A DNA stretch of 54,453 nt, the filler included, from Catajapyx aquilonaris (taxonomy: Eukaryota): the NCBI GenBank assembly GCA_000934665.2. It is 2 parts of 2 records of this genome, joined end to end, with 100 filler letters (N's around TTAATTAATTAA, not from the genome) between each part and the next. Parts side by side here need not be neighbours in the genome. Positions count along the whole stretch, not along the records: positions 27,241 to 54,453 come from JYFJ02005103.1; 1 more part is not named here. The stretch is one strand, 5' to 3'. Position 1 is the stretch's first letter; each line of letters begins with the position of its first letter. Shown one piece after another: positions 39,790 to 52,942 of this stretch. The position numbers and the translations under genes are program-made. The notes under the pieces were generated by a model. It was not told where the DNA came from. It ran no database searches and saw only the letters and a list, made by a program, of their open reading frames with translations.

Positions 39790-42700
39790 ATGCAGGGTAA
39801 GAATAACCTTAAAAATTGGTATTCCATATTTTCAAACTACAACTACTGAAGTGGAAGTTACTTATGAGACTGGGTCTTGGCTGGTACCTCTAAATAACTT
39901 TGATTGCAGTAAACTCTGTGCACTATACGTCTATTGCCATATTACGATGGTGATTGAAAACTAATATAACTGGTCATATATATGTGCAGTAGAAATTAGT
40001 GTCGGTGGATTTTAGGGTTCACCCTGTATAAATATAAATATAAATAAATAAATAAAAAATTTGTAGGTGACGTGGGAGAGACTTTTTCAAATCTCAAGAG
40101 CCGGTTACTGCACATATCTGAAACTCATACATAATAACTAAATATTACTAGCACATGATTTTGGTCTCAGTTTTGATGCAAGTCACATCTGCTAGATGTG
40201 GACCTAGCAATACATGTTCAGAATATCTTCGAGTTTATAAATTCTTGGAGGATGTAGGTCAGGACAGACTTTCAGGCGCAGAGTTGTGTGCAGTTATTGT
40301 GCACCAGAGACGTTTTTTGGACCGCTCTACAGTATCTTATCTTACAAGGTAATTTTTCTGGACACTATAGAGACAGTACGTGTGCACTGATTGGTGCAAG
40401 TGGGGGAGCTCTTTTATACTCATGGAATAATATATTGACAAATCAGTAGAATAAAATGGAATTAGCATAGCGATATTGGCTTGGTTTTCTTTGGGTCACT
40501 CCCTAGGTCCACCTTGCCCCTGTAGGTCCCTCTTCTCCACCAAAAGAAATCCTGACCAGGCTAAACAAGTACTGATCATTCAGTGTAAAGTCTTGACCAT
40601 GATCTAATATCTAAACTGTGTGAAAGTTGCTCAAAAACGTTCAACTTGATATGCTGGAGAAGATACTACAATGCTTGAGAGCACATCGCAGTACGTCACA
40701 CCAGCATTACTCGAAGTCTCGGAGAGTTCATGTCGGTAATTTTTATACCGCCAGACCTTGGCCCATCCTTTGCACCGAATGCCATTTCACATGTTTAGCC
40801 ACCTGCAGATTTTTTGCCAGGGGAGCATCTATGGACTGGCCGAGAGGAGAAGGAATGGGCTTGGCAACGGGAGTACTCGACATAGGCTTACAAAATTATG
40901 TTAGAAAATATTCAAGTATTACTTCGATCAACATGATATTTATCTAAAGCAGTATCGAAAGATCTGTGTCATCGTCTGGTTGTGTTGGTTTATGAGGAAA
41001 GTGGGTTGAAAAAGTTTTATGGCCAAGAGACACTCAAATTAGAAATGCCGCAATACTGTATGTTAACCTATAAAATGTTATTAATTATATTCACTGTAGA
41101 AGTATCTCTCAACCCATTTCACTTCATGGCTTTCCGAAAATTATTTATCTAAGACTCGCCACACAGTTTCGGAGTCTGGGGGAGTGAGGGAGTGATAGGG
41201 CGGTTGGGGGTATGGTATAGCCCTGCAAAATTTGCAGAATATTTCACATTCTCTCAACCTCCACTAATAAAACCTTATGTGATTACAGCCCTAAGGGTTC
41301 GGTGCTGTTCTTGATGAGATAGACTGAGTCTAGCCCGTTATATATGAGGCGGTTAAAATAAAGGAAGCACGCCAGAAACCCCTTTTTGTATATAAATTTC
41401 ATGGCTCTGACAACATCTCTCTTTGAGTGAAAAAAGAAAATATGCTGTTGCTCCTGACAGGGTGTAGTGCGATTTTGAAAAAGCAATTAAAAAGTGAGCA
41501 AGGTTTTCCAAAAAAATGCATTCATTGGTGAAGCGTGTAAATTTTGGTGTAAATGAAGGTGGGAGTATAGGATGGCCATACCCCATCAGGGGTTCTAAGG
41601 GTTGAATAAAAATACTTATTATTCTGGTAAGTCATGCCATAAATTATTGTTTTGGCTTTCGAGAAATGCTATTACGCTATTACCAACTATTTTGCCAAAA
41701 ACAAGAAGTGTATATGTTATAACCCTCAAAGCTGAGCCAGAGAGCCTCCTCTACTCGCACTACCTAAAAATTACTCACCTTGCTTACAAGTCGTGTGGTC
41801 AAGCCTTCACTTGCAAATGACAATAATCTATAATATTGACATAAATTTATTCTGGGTAATAAATTTCACTCACAAAAATTAATATTGTGCTTAACTAGCA
41901 GTTCACTACCCACTATATTCTTTTCTACTTAGAACTCTCGTCGACGAAGATTGTCCTTGGGGGACGAGTTTGTTTTCTCAAATCCCGTATGTGTATAAGG
42001 GAGAGATGGTCTTACATGACAATTCCTTCATCAAGTCAAGAAGTAAGCAATAGAACTTCCTCCCCGCCCGTTGTCATCGTGCCACCTTCCTCCCCGGGCA
42101 TATTCTTTCCTATAAAGCCACAAAAAGCATTACGTTTGCAAAATATTTCTTGGAGAGGTCCCCGGACCCCCTAAGAGTCAGCATGCATAACATTTCATGT
42201 GAATGTACCAGAGTGGCTCTGTGCAGCCTAATTTGGAAGTATAAAGTAATACTGGTTGCATACCTTCCAAGAGCTTGTATTTCTCCTAAATTAAACTACA
42301 TAAATCACCCAGGAACGAGGGGTTGGCCACTCGCGAAAACATATGCACTGTACACTTTGTAGTGTAATCACACATAAGCACGTATAGACTCCAATGCCTT
42401 CTTATGGAAAATGACTATGAGTAATCATAGTGAATATTGCAAATAGTGTAAAATCTTGTAAAAAGTTTATTGGTATTCATCATTGGCCTGCCCATATACA
42501 TTTATAACTGCCTTAGTTTCATCTGGCATTTATCAATGTATAAAGACAGTGTACATAAATATTGTGAATATTATTAGCCGCGAAAAGTCAGCACGTAGCC
42601 TACTCTCCCCACACTGTCAAGGATCAATTGAGTTTTCGCCCCTTTTCTATCCGCACTGTGCAGTTTCCTCGGTTTCCCTATCCCAACTCCGCACTTGATC

Positions 42701-43672
42701 TCTCCCTCAAAAAATATGGAATCATTCAGTTCCCACATGATTGTCATCAAACGAATTATCAGTACAATAATGCCATTAGTATAACAGCGTTATAATAAAT
42801 TCGCGTATTGATCAGTCCATCATTAACAGTCAACGCTATTATACACCATCAGAGATCATTATTTTTTTACGGTCTAGGGCAAAAGTCTGCGAAAGCCCCT
42901 CCAGAGAGCAGAATCGACCACGGTCTCAATACTTTCCCACTGCGAACAAGTTCCGTTCCCCTCCTCTAGGGGACTGTTGCCTGCAGAAGGAGACACTGTC
43001 AGCAAAACAGACTAACAGGGCCTGTATCTTAACCAGCTCGGGTGGAACACGCTGGTAGGACAGTTCCAGAGCATATATGTCCGTCCGCCCGGGAGGCCTC
43101 GCATCAATTAATACTCCGCCCTCGCTCGCTGAAGTGAGCCTGTTTTTGCTCTCATCTATTACCGCCAGCGTTAGGGTCCCAAGGCTCCGGATCCTTCAGT
43201 ACGCGCAACAAATCACGGCTCGTTATAAAGGACCTGAAATGGCCGCTGTCAAATGGGGCACGTCTTGACTAGACCTACGCATTACATTCCCTTGCAGAGG
43301 TCACGTGGGATGGAAGTATGGATGTGGGCGTTTCATTTAGCAACAGGCTCCTCCTTGAAATTATACTGGGACATATTGCAATAAATTATTAGCAGCAATA
43401 CTATTTACAGTATTTGCATTATGTTGTATTTCTCGGAATATGGCATGCAATTTAAATATTTTTCCTTTAATGTTTGATATTAAAATGAAACTGTGTCACT
43501 CCTCTACAAAATAATATAAAGTTTAGCAAAGAAATACACTAATCTATTAGAAATGCAATTAGTCTTATGCTCTGTCAAAGAACTATTTATGATTTTAGGC
43601 GTCATTTTATTAACGAGTTCGAAGGGTCGTTTGAGTTTTTAAAATGAGTAAATGCTTCCCAAAATCAACATA

Positions 43673-43997
43673 ATATATATTTTTTTTGCATTACCCCATT
43701 GGGATTTACCATATCCTTTAGGGGGGTGGATTACCACCATCGGAAACTGGAGCCATATAAGAAGATCTTACTTAATTACTCCAGGGTAGGTAGGAGGGGA
43801 TGTGCAAAGTGCAAGTGCAATGTCTCTCATTTGTGAGCTCCCCCGGGTTGCTTAGTCTGTCGGAAATTGCCACCCGAAATGAAGCCAGAGATGGCCCAAC
43901 TCTGCACGGATAAAGGTGGGAACCCCGGGTGGGGATCGAACCCGGGACCTTAATATCCGTGGGCGCGAGCGTTACCTCTGCGCCACTTCACCTCCCC
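43673..43997 (-). mobile_element. tRNA-derived SINE
   Basis: Head GGGGAGGTGAAGTGGCGCAGAGG...GGTTCGATCCCC, A-rich tail, and TSD AAAATCAACATA at 43661-43672 and 43998-44009. Confidence 0.88.
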
Positions 43998-44201
43998 AAA
44001 ATCAACATATTAGCAGCAAGACGTCCTCATTTGCTTTTGCTGACAAGCACCATTTCTATTGAGGAATTTTTCTAACCGTGGCGCCACATTTTGTAAGCCT
44101 ATTATTAATTACGAGCACTAGTGCTTGCATGCAAGATTATATCCTTTAGTCTCTTGGTCACTCACCAGGCTTTCGCTTGACAAATATTTTCCTGCAGTAT
44201 T

Positions 44202-44543
44202 AATTAATTAATTAATTAATTGTGGGTAATGCTTTCACCCCCAAACGGGGGTATATCGCATGAACTTTATTTATTTATTTTTTCAATTTTTCTCAACTTC
44301 GGTGCAAGGAATCAAGGAAATTGGGTAAGGGTAGGGATTTTCGGGGAGGGGACACGGGTGCAAGTGCAATGTCGTTAAACGGGTCATGTGCAGTCCCCCA
44401 GGAGGTTAGCTTGCCAGACACCTCCTTGGTGCAGGTCAGAGACCCTCCTGACGCAGGTGAAAGGAAAGTTCCCCAGGCGGGGATCGAACCTGGATCACTC
44501 AGCAAGCCGAGACGTTACCATCTCGGCCACCACACCTCCCCAT
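44202..44543 (-). mobile_element. tRNA-derived SINE with (AATT)n tail
   Basis: Head GGGGAGGTGTGGTGGCCGAGATGG...GGTTCGATCCCC; exact 15-bp TSD TTTTCCTGCAGTATT at 44187-44201 and 44544-44558. Confidence 0.9.
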
Positions 44544-44806
44544 TTTTCCTGCAGTATTGAAACGTGTGAATGCCACTTTCTGAAAGGTCTGGACCATGGT
44601 ATGGAGTTCATGGAAGATTTCCAAGATGCTCCATTTGAAATGTTCACAAATCTGAGTAATGCCCTCGCTATATGAACAGTCACGCATTGTCGTGCGAAAC
44701 CCTAAAAAAGTTCATGTGACATCCTCCATACAGTCAGACCACGGTCTGGATCAGCCCACGGACACTACCCCTAACTTCTGGGCTTATCACCTGCCGAGGG
44801 GTTTTG

Positions 44807-44974
44807 CAGCGGGTGCTCACCTGAGACCGCCACGAGACATTTCTCAGAGCATTTATGTGGCGACCCTACCGGACTAAGGCTGAACTTTATAGGTACGAAA
44901 GGGGAGAGCTACATTGGGGGGCCCAACATGGCCGCCGGCGGCCATGTTGGGCCCCCCAATGTGAGCACCCGCTG
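44807..44974. repeat. Perfect 52-bp palindrome (44911-44962) inside an outer 14-bp inverted repeat
   Basis: ACATTGGGGGGCCCAACATGGCCGCC|GGCGGCCATGTTGGGCCCCCCAATGT; outer pair CAGCGGGTGCTCAC (44807-44820) / GTGAGCACCCGCTG (44961-44974). Confidence 0.92.
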
Positions 44975-45791
44975 AAAAACGCCCCGGCAGGGGGGGGGGG
45001 GGGGAGTGACCTAACCTGAGTCTTCTATAACCATGCTCATACTCAAACCGTATACCCAAACCACGATGTAAGGAAAACGGTGAGTGCGTTCCCCCCGGGG
45101 GCTGTTGCCCAAAATGGGGACAAGGAGATGGTTGAGGGCTCGGCCGCCAGATGCGCTAGCGGCAACATCTAGTCCTGTTTTGCTGGAAGCGCATATGGTC
45201 TTGCTTGCATTACTACTACGTTCATTTTTCTGCTAATATGTGACAGAAAAAACTGAAAATGGTGCCCGATGTGTTCCTACGACATTCATTCAAATGTCGT
45301 AATTGTATTCAACTACGATCTACGGACTTGTCATGCCAAAATAAATACCGTACCTTTCAGTAGCGGCGCGGCGTTTCAGTTCCCACCGCCCACACGCGTA
45401 CCAAGATGATGTACGGTACATACAATATATGAATTATGATAGAATAAATGAGTTGACCCTTTTGAGTAAACTGAAATAATTATTAGTTTATTACCTACTA
45501 TTTTATACCCTTGATCTACACACTACGTACTACTCAAGCTACTTTTGGTGAATATTATGATCGCATAGTAGACGGCGGGAATTCTCTTTCCCGTCGATTC
45601 CACATCCATGTTCGCCTATATGAGATCATTTACCAATCCACAATATAGACATCGTGACCAATCTGATGAAGAATGTCTCACATGTGACATGGGATGCTCA
45701 GCACCTGGCATCAATTTCTCCGAAGATGGGCGGGCCGGAGGAAGTTATAAATTCCCCGGGCTCCCAGAAGGCAGTGAGTCAGCCCCTTAAG

Positions 45792-45973
45792 GCGCGGAAC
45801 TGAGCGGTGGCAATCGCACAAGTCCATCCGGATGGACTTCAGCGATTCCCACCGCGCACCAGTTTCCGCCCGCAGCGCCACCGCCTAATTTGTGAATTGC
45901 CACCACTCACATTCCGCGCTCCAATCGCACGTTTTCCGCCCGCCCAGCCTTCCGCCGAATTTGTGTAGAGGCC
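45792..45973. mobile_element. GC-rich MITE-like remnant (possibly PIF/Harbinger)
   Basis: Inverted pair 45792-45821 / 45890-45919, a perfect 20-bp palindrome AAGTCCATCCGGATGGACTT (45820-45839), and terminal GTGTAGAGGCC. Confidence 0.45.
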
Positions 45974-46740
45974 TTTTCACTCGAGTGCCATATTTCAAAC
46001 CGCATGTTTCAAACCGTGTTTCAAACACGTGCGACCAGCTAATTCTCAACCAGGATGTGCCCTTGAACGGGGACATTCGCGCCCCCCCCCNTTTAATTGC
46101 TGTATCACTTTGCCTCCTTGCACTGTTTTGACTTGTTATATCAAGGTTTTATGTGATGTGCAGTGAACAAAACTATCACATTTTCACTGCACCTGACGCT
46201 AAACCACAGGGAGACGAATTCCATCGCAAAACTGCAATAATCCTACACCAGGAAAACTTACTGTTAGTATATACAACATGAACACAAGCTGAGACATACA
46301 GTGAGCCACACAGCTGAGCAGTAAACCTGAGCCGGCTGGACCGGGTCGTATTTCGATATGAAAGCATCCCCATATGTGAGTACTTACATCAGAAAAAAGG
46401 CTGCAATACCATTTCACACAATAGCTCGTACCTGCTGCTTTCTTCCTCAAAGAATTTTTCCGCGTTTAATTCGCTCCAGACGCAGATTTGGTCAACATTA
46501 GCAATAATTCCCGCATGCATCTGCTGTTAAAACAGGACTAGATGTTCACCGCCAGGGCCTCTGGCGGGAGGCGACCGAACTAACATCGTGGCCCGTTTCG
46601 GGCTTCAACTCTCTAGCGTTGCGGGATAGGGAAGCTTCTACACCGTTTTTCCCTCCGCCGTGACCCAAACCCATTGGGGTAGTAGTCTGGTAAAATTATG
46701 CCCGTTATGGTCATCGATTTTTTTTTTTTGAAAAAAAACA

Positions 46741-47785
46741 CCGTATTTGACGGCATATAAGACGCACGGGCGTATAAGACGCACCCTCATTTCAACAGAT
46801 AATATTCAGGAAAAAAGGTTCTACTATCCGTTTATTTAATATAGGCCCTTGTGTTTGACTCCAAACAACTCCCAGGTAAATGATCCAAAAAAAAATAATG
46901 ATAGTGGGCCAAAAAATTCCCCCTATGAACCATGGATAGTTCAAATCTTAGTCTGTCTAATGATATATTTGAAACGTAGAAATCGCCATTTGTGTAATCA
47001 TAATTAAGTTAATTTCACATGTTATCTCCATAGATATCTGAATACTATTAGGCTACATATCTATGGTTATCTACCGTTTCTCATCCGAATTACTTCACGA
47101 AAGTATCGACGGCAAGCCAGAAAATGTGTGGGATAAAATTAAACCGTGCTCTATTACACTTACTTAGAAGTATCATAGGCAAGTACCCAGCCCTGGCGGG
47201 AATACACGGCGATACTTTATAATACTTTCAAAAAATTTTGTGTAATAGTGAACGGTGTAATTTTATCACACACATTCTGGCTTCCAGTCGATGCATTCGT
47301 GAGGTAATTAGGAATTAGAAACGGCCGAGATAACAGGTGTGTGCAATTAACTTAATTACAATTACACAAATTGCGATTTCTAAGTTTCAAATATATCATT
47401 AGATAGACAAAGATTTGCACTATCCAGGGTTCACAGGGGGGGATTTTTTTTCCGAGAAGTGTTTGAAAAATTCATTTTTCGGGGTAATGCCGGCAACTAT
47501 ATAGTCAAAAAATGACACCTTTCCGCCTTCTTCTTCCGATAAAAAATTTCACACTGATGATAGGAAACCAACTCGAATATATGTAACGTGGATTTAAACA
47601 AGCTTTCCAACGATGTATAACATTAATTTTTTGGATCATTGCCTGGCTATGTGGAGTTGTAAGAGTCAAACACAGGGGCCTACATTAAATAAACGGATAG
47701 CAGTGTATTTTCGTATAACACGCAGGGCAATTTTGTGAGCAATTTTTTGGTGGAAAAAGTGGGTCTTATATACCGCCAAATACAC
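46741..47785. mobile_element. Tc2/pogo-like non-autonomous element carrying nested insertions
   Basis: TIRs CCGTATTTGACGGCATATAAGACGC / GGGTCTTATATACCGCCAAATACAC, plus the repeated TATAAGACGCAC subterminal motif seen in TcMar-Tc2 (Kanga/MER104-like) ends. Confidence 0.75.
46821..47703. mobile_element. Foldback-like palindromic element nested in the Tc2-like element
   Basis: Outer IR CTACTATCCGTTTATTTAAT...GATCCAAAAAA versus TTTTTTGGATC...ATTAAATAAACGGATAGCAG; a long imperfect inner IR at about 46910-47160 versus 47240-47450. Confidence 0.85.
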
Positions 47786-49949
47786 ATCCTTATCCAAGTA
47801 TAGTCAAATGTTAAGTTTAGTTGTGGGAGGGGAAATGTTTCCAGAAGACCAAATGCAAATCGGACCTATGCTGCTTAGCAGCTTATTCGAAAGGAGATAA
47901 TTCGTAAATGAAATAATAATTATGGTACCATTGAAAAATTAAGACAGTTTCTCTTGGTGTCAAGGATCCAAGCAAAATAATGTATTGTATATAAAACCAC
48001 CAGTTACATTACCTTTAAAAAAATAGCCAACTTGTTTCGCTTGAAACTCACCTATAATCAAGAGCTAATAACTTAATAGCTCTTGATGTAATGTATTGAG
48101 GTATATTTTTAAGTTGAAAAAGTCTGTTATCCGCATATTACTAGAAGCACAGGTTATAGTGGCGAAATAATATCACTAACACCTGCATGCAAATATGAGT
48201 TATTCCTATACCTGTTCGTATGCAAACTATGATACCATAAGGCTCAGAAGAGTTATCAGGACATTTAAAAATTCCCTATTTAATATTGGCCTGTGGCTTT
48301 GGGGCTCAAACAGCTCAAAGTAATATTTATCACTTGCCATGGCCCGACAGGATATAAATAGAATGAATGGGGCATGTCTTGGCTCCTGGGTGCGTTTGGG
48401 CATTTGGGACTTGGACACATTCGCACTGCCACGCCAAATGGATGTTTGGGCATACCGTCATGGCTGCCACTCCGCCTGATTGGAAAGTCTCGACGATTCA
48501 CCCCCACGATCTTAGGGCATCTCTGTTTATTTTTGAACACGAATATAAATGCACTTGGTAAATATGAATTTGCTTCGGAATGCCATTCTACAAGCTGACT
48601 GAGTATTTCAAAATCATTTGGAATGTCAAGATTTCTAAACACATTGTTGTTTGTCCAGAACTCAACCATTTGGCATCCGGTCATCTACTGAGGGCCTTTT
48701 TTGGGAAGGGAGATTTTGCAAGTATGATAGGGTTCATTTTGTGCTCCGAAATTGTGTGGTTTTTGCCTCAGGGAGCTCCGTTTCAATTTGCGATTTGTGA
48801 CATTCAGCCTGGTCATTAAATCGCCCGTGTAGCTACAGGGGGATTGGTGTGCTTTATTTTGACCGCTTGATACGGCCGGAAGTTAGACCTTGCACCGGCA
48901 GCAGAGAGATAAGTCACAAAATGGAGAAATGTGCCAATTCATGACTACATCCTTTTTTGCCGGTGTTAGGGTCCCATTCTTCCCAGGGCTTTGATTAGAC
49001 CGTCCCACAGGGGGAATGAAGTTGGGAGGAGGTGTAGCAGGGGATGATGATTCCCAATCCATATTGTGATGCACGCACGCATTGGGATTTTGGAGCCAGG
49101 GTATTGTTGGCACATGTGCAACGCCTCGTTTTGACGCCATGATCCCCATTCCCCCTCCACTTGAAGCGATGTGCCGAGGGGGAATTTACTGGAATTAGAT
49201 TTTCCATGGTGCGATAAATGCACTGGGATAGCTGGTTTGAAGAGGGCCACTTGCAGCCAGATAAATCACTCTAGTTTAAAATATTGGCCGTGTCACAGCA
49301 CTAGTTATGTCCAGGCATAATGTGGTAAGTGATAGCTTGGGTAGAGTGCCCTGCATTGTTCTAATCGTAAATTTTATGACGCTTAATCATTGCAGGCTTA
49401 TTCGTAAATTTTATTTTATAAGGTGCAATAATGCTCAAAACCTCGCACTATAGTACTCTACAATTATCAGGTGCTTAAATATTGCTTTATGGCAGTATTT
49501 AAATTGAACTTTATTGTCCTAACAGACTGTAACGTAAACCAGGTGTTCCAGGATTGTTTATCCAAAGTGCATGTGGCGTAATCAGAAAAGTACAGAGAAC
49601 AACTACATTAAATGTGTAACTAAACAAGTCCTTGTCATAGGTGTGATAACTGCTGAATTGTGGAACTAATTCACGAAACCTATACAGCTGTCACCCGCTC
49701 TTTTAAAAGAGTGTTTCTGTAAAAAAATAACAGATAAAAATAAAATCCCAGTCTGTCATTGGATTTCTGTCTGTGTATACTAATGTATTGAACCTCCAGC
49801 TGGTTTCAAATCAATCAGTAAGTGGGAGAAGGGACATGTCACAAAACAAGAAATGTTGGTAAAATCCAGTTATTAGACCTTCAACGTAATAAGAACTACT
49901 ACTTCCACTTATAGGTTCTTCAGTGTTAAAAACTGTAAGTACTATCGCA

Positions 49950-50360
49950 GTGTTAGAAACACATTCTTAGGGACATCTGTAACATTGCGGAAAATGGCAG
50001 ACGATGTTAACTTCCAAACTTCTGCCACACCTCTTGGCACTATATCCTTTTGCATTACTATTACCTTGGTCCACAAGATATTCTCCAGCATCGTAAACAC
50101 GCTGTCTTCAGGACGGTAAGTAATGGTCCTCCTACTTCAAACACTGACTTTCCAATGCAAACCTGGGAGAAACTGTGATGGATAGACCATAGTATTAATG
50201 GGCACTTGCCAGCTGTGTATGAGTTGAGAGAATAGGTGTACAGTGCAGTGCAGTCTACTCTGGCATAACAGCATTTCACTAGGTCTCCCACCCCCAGATC
50301 TTTGTACATTGTTTTACTAAGATTGATAGGCAACACCTGCAGTTACAGTAGGCTATATTA
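49950..50360 (-). mobile_element. Decayed Mutator-like transposase C-terminal fragment
   Basis: KTMYKDLGVGDLVKCC...YSLNS...SVFEVGGPLLTVL...ISCGP resembles the recalled KPIYxDLSxxxLLxRC...ESLNS...FNxG...LGIxxG pattern of arthropod Mutator-like transposases. Not searched. Confidence 0.45.
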
Positions 50361-50639
50361 TGCAACTTATGCGAGTTGCAAAACTTATTGGAAGGTTCTC
50401 AGCTATCATGCCGAGCATATATACGAGTATACGTAACTTACTTAAAATTACTCAAAAGGTATGTATACAGTACTCAAGAAGTAGCACCTACGGGTACATC
50501 TCAAAGCAAACAAATTCTCTTTCTTTACAGGAAATTCGTATTACTATACTTTTATTGATTTCAAAAAGAGCCGCATACACAATACGCAAATTGGTACAAT
50601 GATTATACTGTATAGAGAGAGACAAAAATAATAAACTTG

Positions 50640-50810
50640 AATTCAATATTCCTGGTCCCAAAATATGGATTATAAGGTAGTTATCACGATTATCACGGAT
50701 TAGTTAAATGTCAAGGACTCGGTAAATTTTTCATCCTGGTAGGGGGTACGAGAAGGGCCAACATCTGCTCTCAAAGGGGTACAAAGGCCCGAAAAGGTTG
50801 GGATCCACTG
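50640..50810. mobile_element. hAT-Charlie-like MITE end
   Basis: Terminal AAAAGGTTGGGATCCACTG (reverse complement CAGTGGATCCCAACCTTTT) preceded by GGGGTAC repeats. Left boundary not defined. Confidence 0.5.
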
Positions 50811-52942
50811 GAATAGGGCAACTGATTAGGGGCACAACAAGCTACAAAAAATAACCACTTCGGACAATATTAGTGATAAGAAAAGTGACCCACGAACTTG
50901 GAACACCCTGTATAGGCCTGTGGGTATTTACAAGGGCCTACATGGCATCGTCCAACCAGTCTGTTTTTTAAATGCTTCTAATACATTTTTACCGTCTGAA
51001 TATGAACACCAAATAATATGAAAGCCCTATAGTCCCCCTTAAAAATGGTTGTTACCCTGTGCTTGTGAGGGCCCTAGAATGATTCGAAGCCAGCCATTCC
51101 TTCTTGCTCCTCCAAGTTATGCCACACGTGCGTCAAGGGTGCAGTTGCATACCAGCTCAGGAATGTTGTGGCACACAACTACATCACCTTCTTTCTGTGA
51201 ATTTTTGACTAAAATATATTGACTATGTATAGATGCGCGACATTTATTTACGAGAGTCTGATTACTTGAGTGAGCCAACTTTGGAACTCTGTATTTCAAA
51301 ATTGTCCGTTCAGCTGCTACTGCTGTCAAAGTGATCATTTCGGAGAGTGAATAGGTCTAGATGCACCTTATCGTCCGTCCCTGACTAGATGCATCGGTTT
51401 GTAAATGGCATTTCATTCACGCTTACAAACCCCAAAATGCGTGTCAAATGTGGGATAGGAGTTAGGCTGGACCCAATGATAATTATTCTATCAGCGGGAG
51501 CAGCAGCCATGTTGTGAACGGGCTGGTTTCAAAATGCGGACGGGCAGCTGGTGACACGTGGCGTGGCATCTACATCAGGTGTAGTGTTGGAAATGTGCAT
51601 CCACACCATCGGTGATGCCTGTAATTGCCATTGATTGTTTTAAATCGCATGCCATAAAACGTATTTAGGGAATTGAGACAAGGGGACACCGAATAGCTGG
51701 CAACCATTGGACGTGGGATTTACAAGGCTATTGATTATACTCTATGTGGGAGGGGATGCGAGTTGTATTTGAGTCTAATTTATAGTAGTGTAATCCGAGC
51801 GGCTGGTTTTAATTCGAGTGGGTCGCCATTGATTAGGGCAGCAGTACTAATTCAAATGCGTTTAATATAGGTCATATAGGATTTATATGTTCATGTAGAT
51901 TTACCAATTATCTGTGGCAGCATCTTAATGCAAAGATACACTCGTAATTGCATAGCTGCCGTGTTTATGAGTATCATATACATTGCACTAAAAACCAATA
52001 ATATGCTTAACACAATAGTGCGGAGGATGTAAAATAAGAAATTCAAGATAATAATGTGAGTAAATATAGAGTCATTTTTGTGGCTAAATATTTTACAAAT
52101 CGCATTATTTTATACGGTAGGCGGATCGTTCAATAGATTTGCTTTTAATTTCAGGTGCCCGTCTGTCAGTTTACCCTGAAAATATATTTTACCATGTTCA
52201 GATTATAGGCTGCACTAGAATCTTTTGGCCATGTCATGTCAGAGTCAATCAAATAAAAGCGAATTCGTTTAGTAATTTTACCGTACTGTGAGAGAATGAC
52301 GTGGACTGAATAATGACATATTATTACAAATGTGTCCTACTGTCCAAGGGGGAAAAAGTGATCATGAACTTCACATCAGTTTTTATTACTAATAATTTCC
52401 ACTGGTTTGGATTATGGGATAGGAAATTCCAGAAAGCAACTTCAATATTTGTTTTTAAAAATCACGAAAACACAAAATCAGTATAGGGAAGAGTCATTTA
52501 GTTTATTGTACTCGACTTATTTGTAGCAGTAATAATTGTTGCCACCACACTTTCTCCTCAAGCTGGAACAAAATTTATGAACACTATGCAGTACATAATG
52601 TGCTGGTTTTGTTATCAAAGAAGGGGGGAAAAAGGCCTGAAACTTACAATAACTCTTTTGACACGTTTATAAGGGAAAATGCAGGAAAATATTGTAATTC
52701 GCTATTTTTAAAAACATGCCGCATTTAAATCGTCACTGTCAGCATGATATTTTATAATTCTTAAGCAATTTATGGTAGTTATTCTGGACATACACTTATG
52801 TTTACCGGAAATGTTTCAGAGCCACAGTTTCAAATAGTCATATTTTGGAATCGCATAGTATGAAACCTGATATTAATCACGTGCAGTGGATCATTAAACC
52901 AAACAAAAGCATTACTAGACAAGTTTATTAAAGTGTAATATA

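Noticed and set aside
48200..49300. Possible Harbinger transposase relic (GAI-like motif near 49207)
   Set aside because: Only one weak motif was seen, and I could not assemble colinear DDE motifs by eye.
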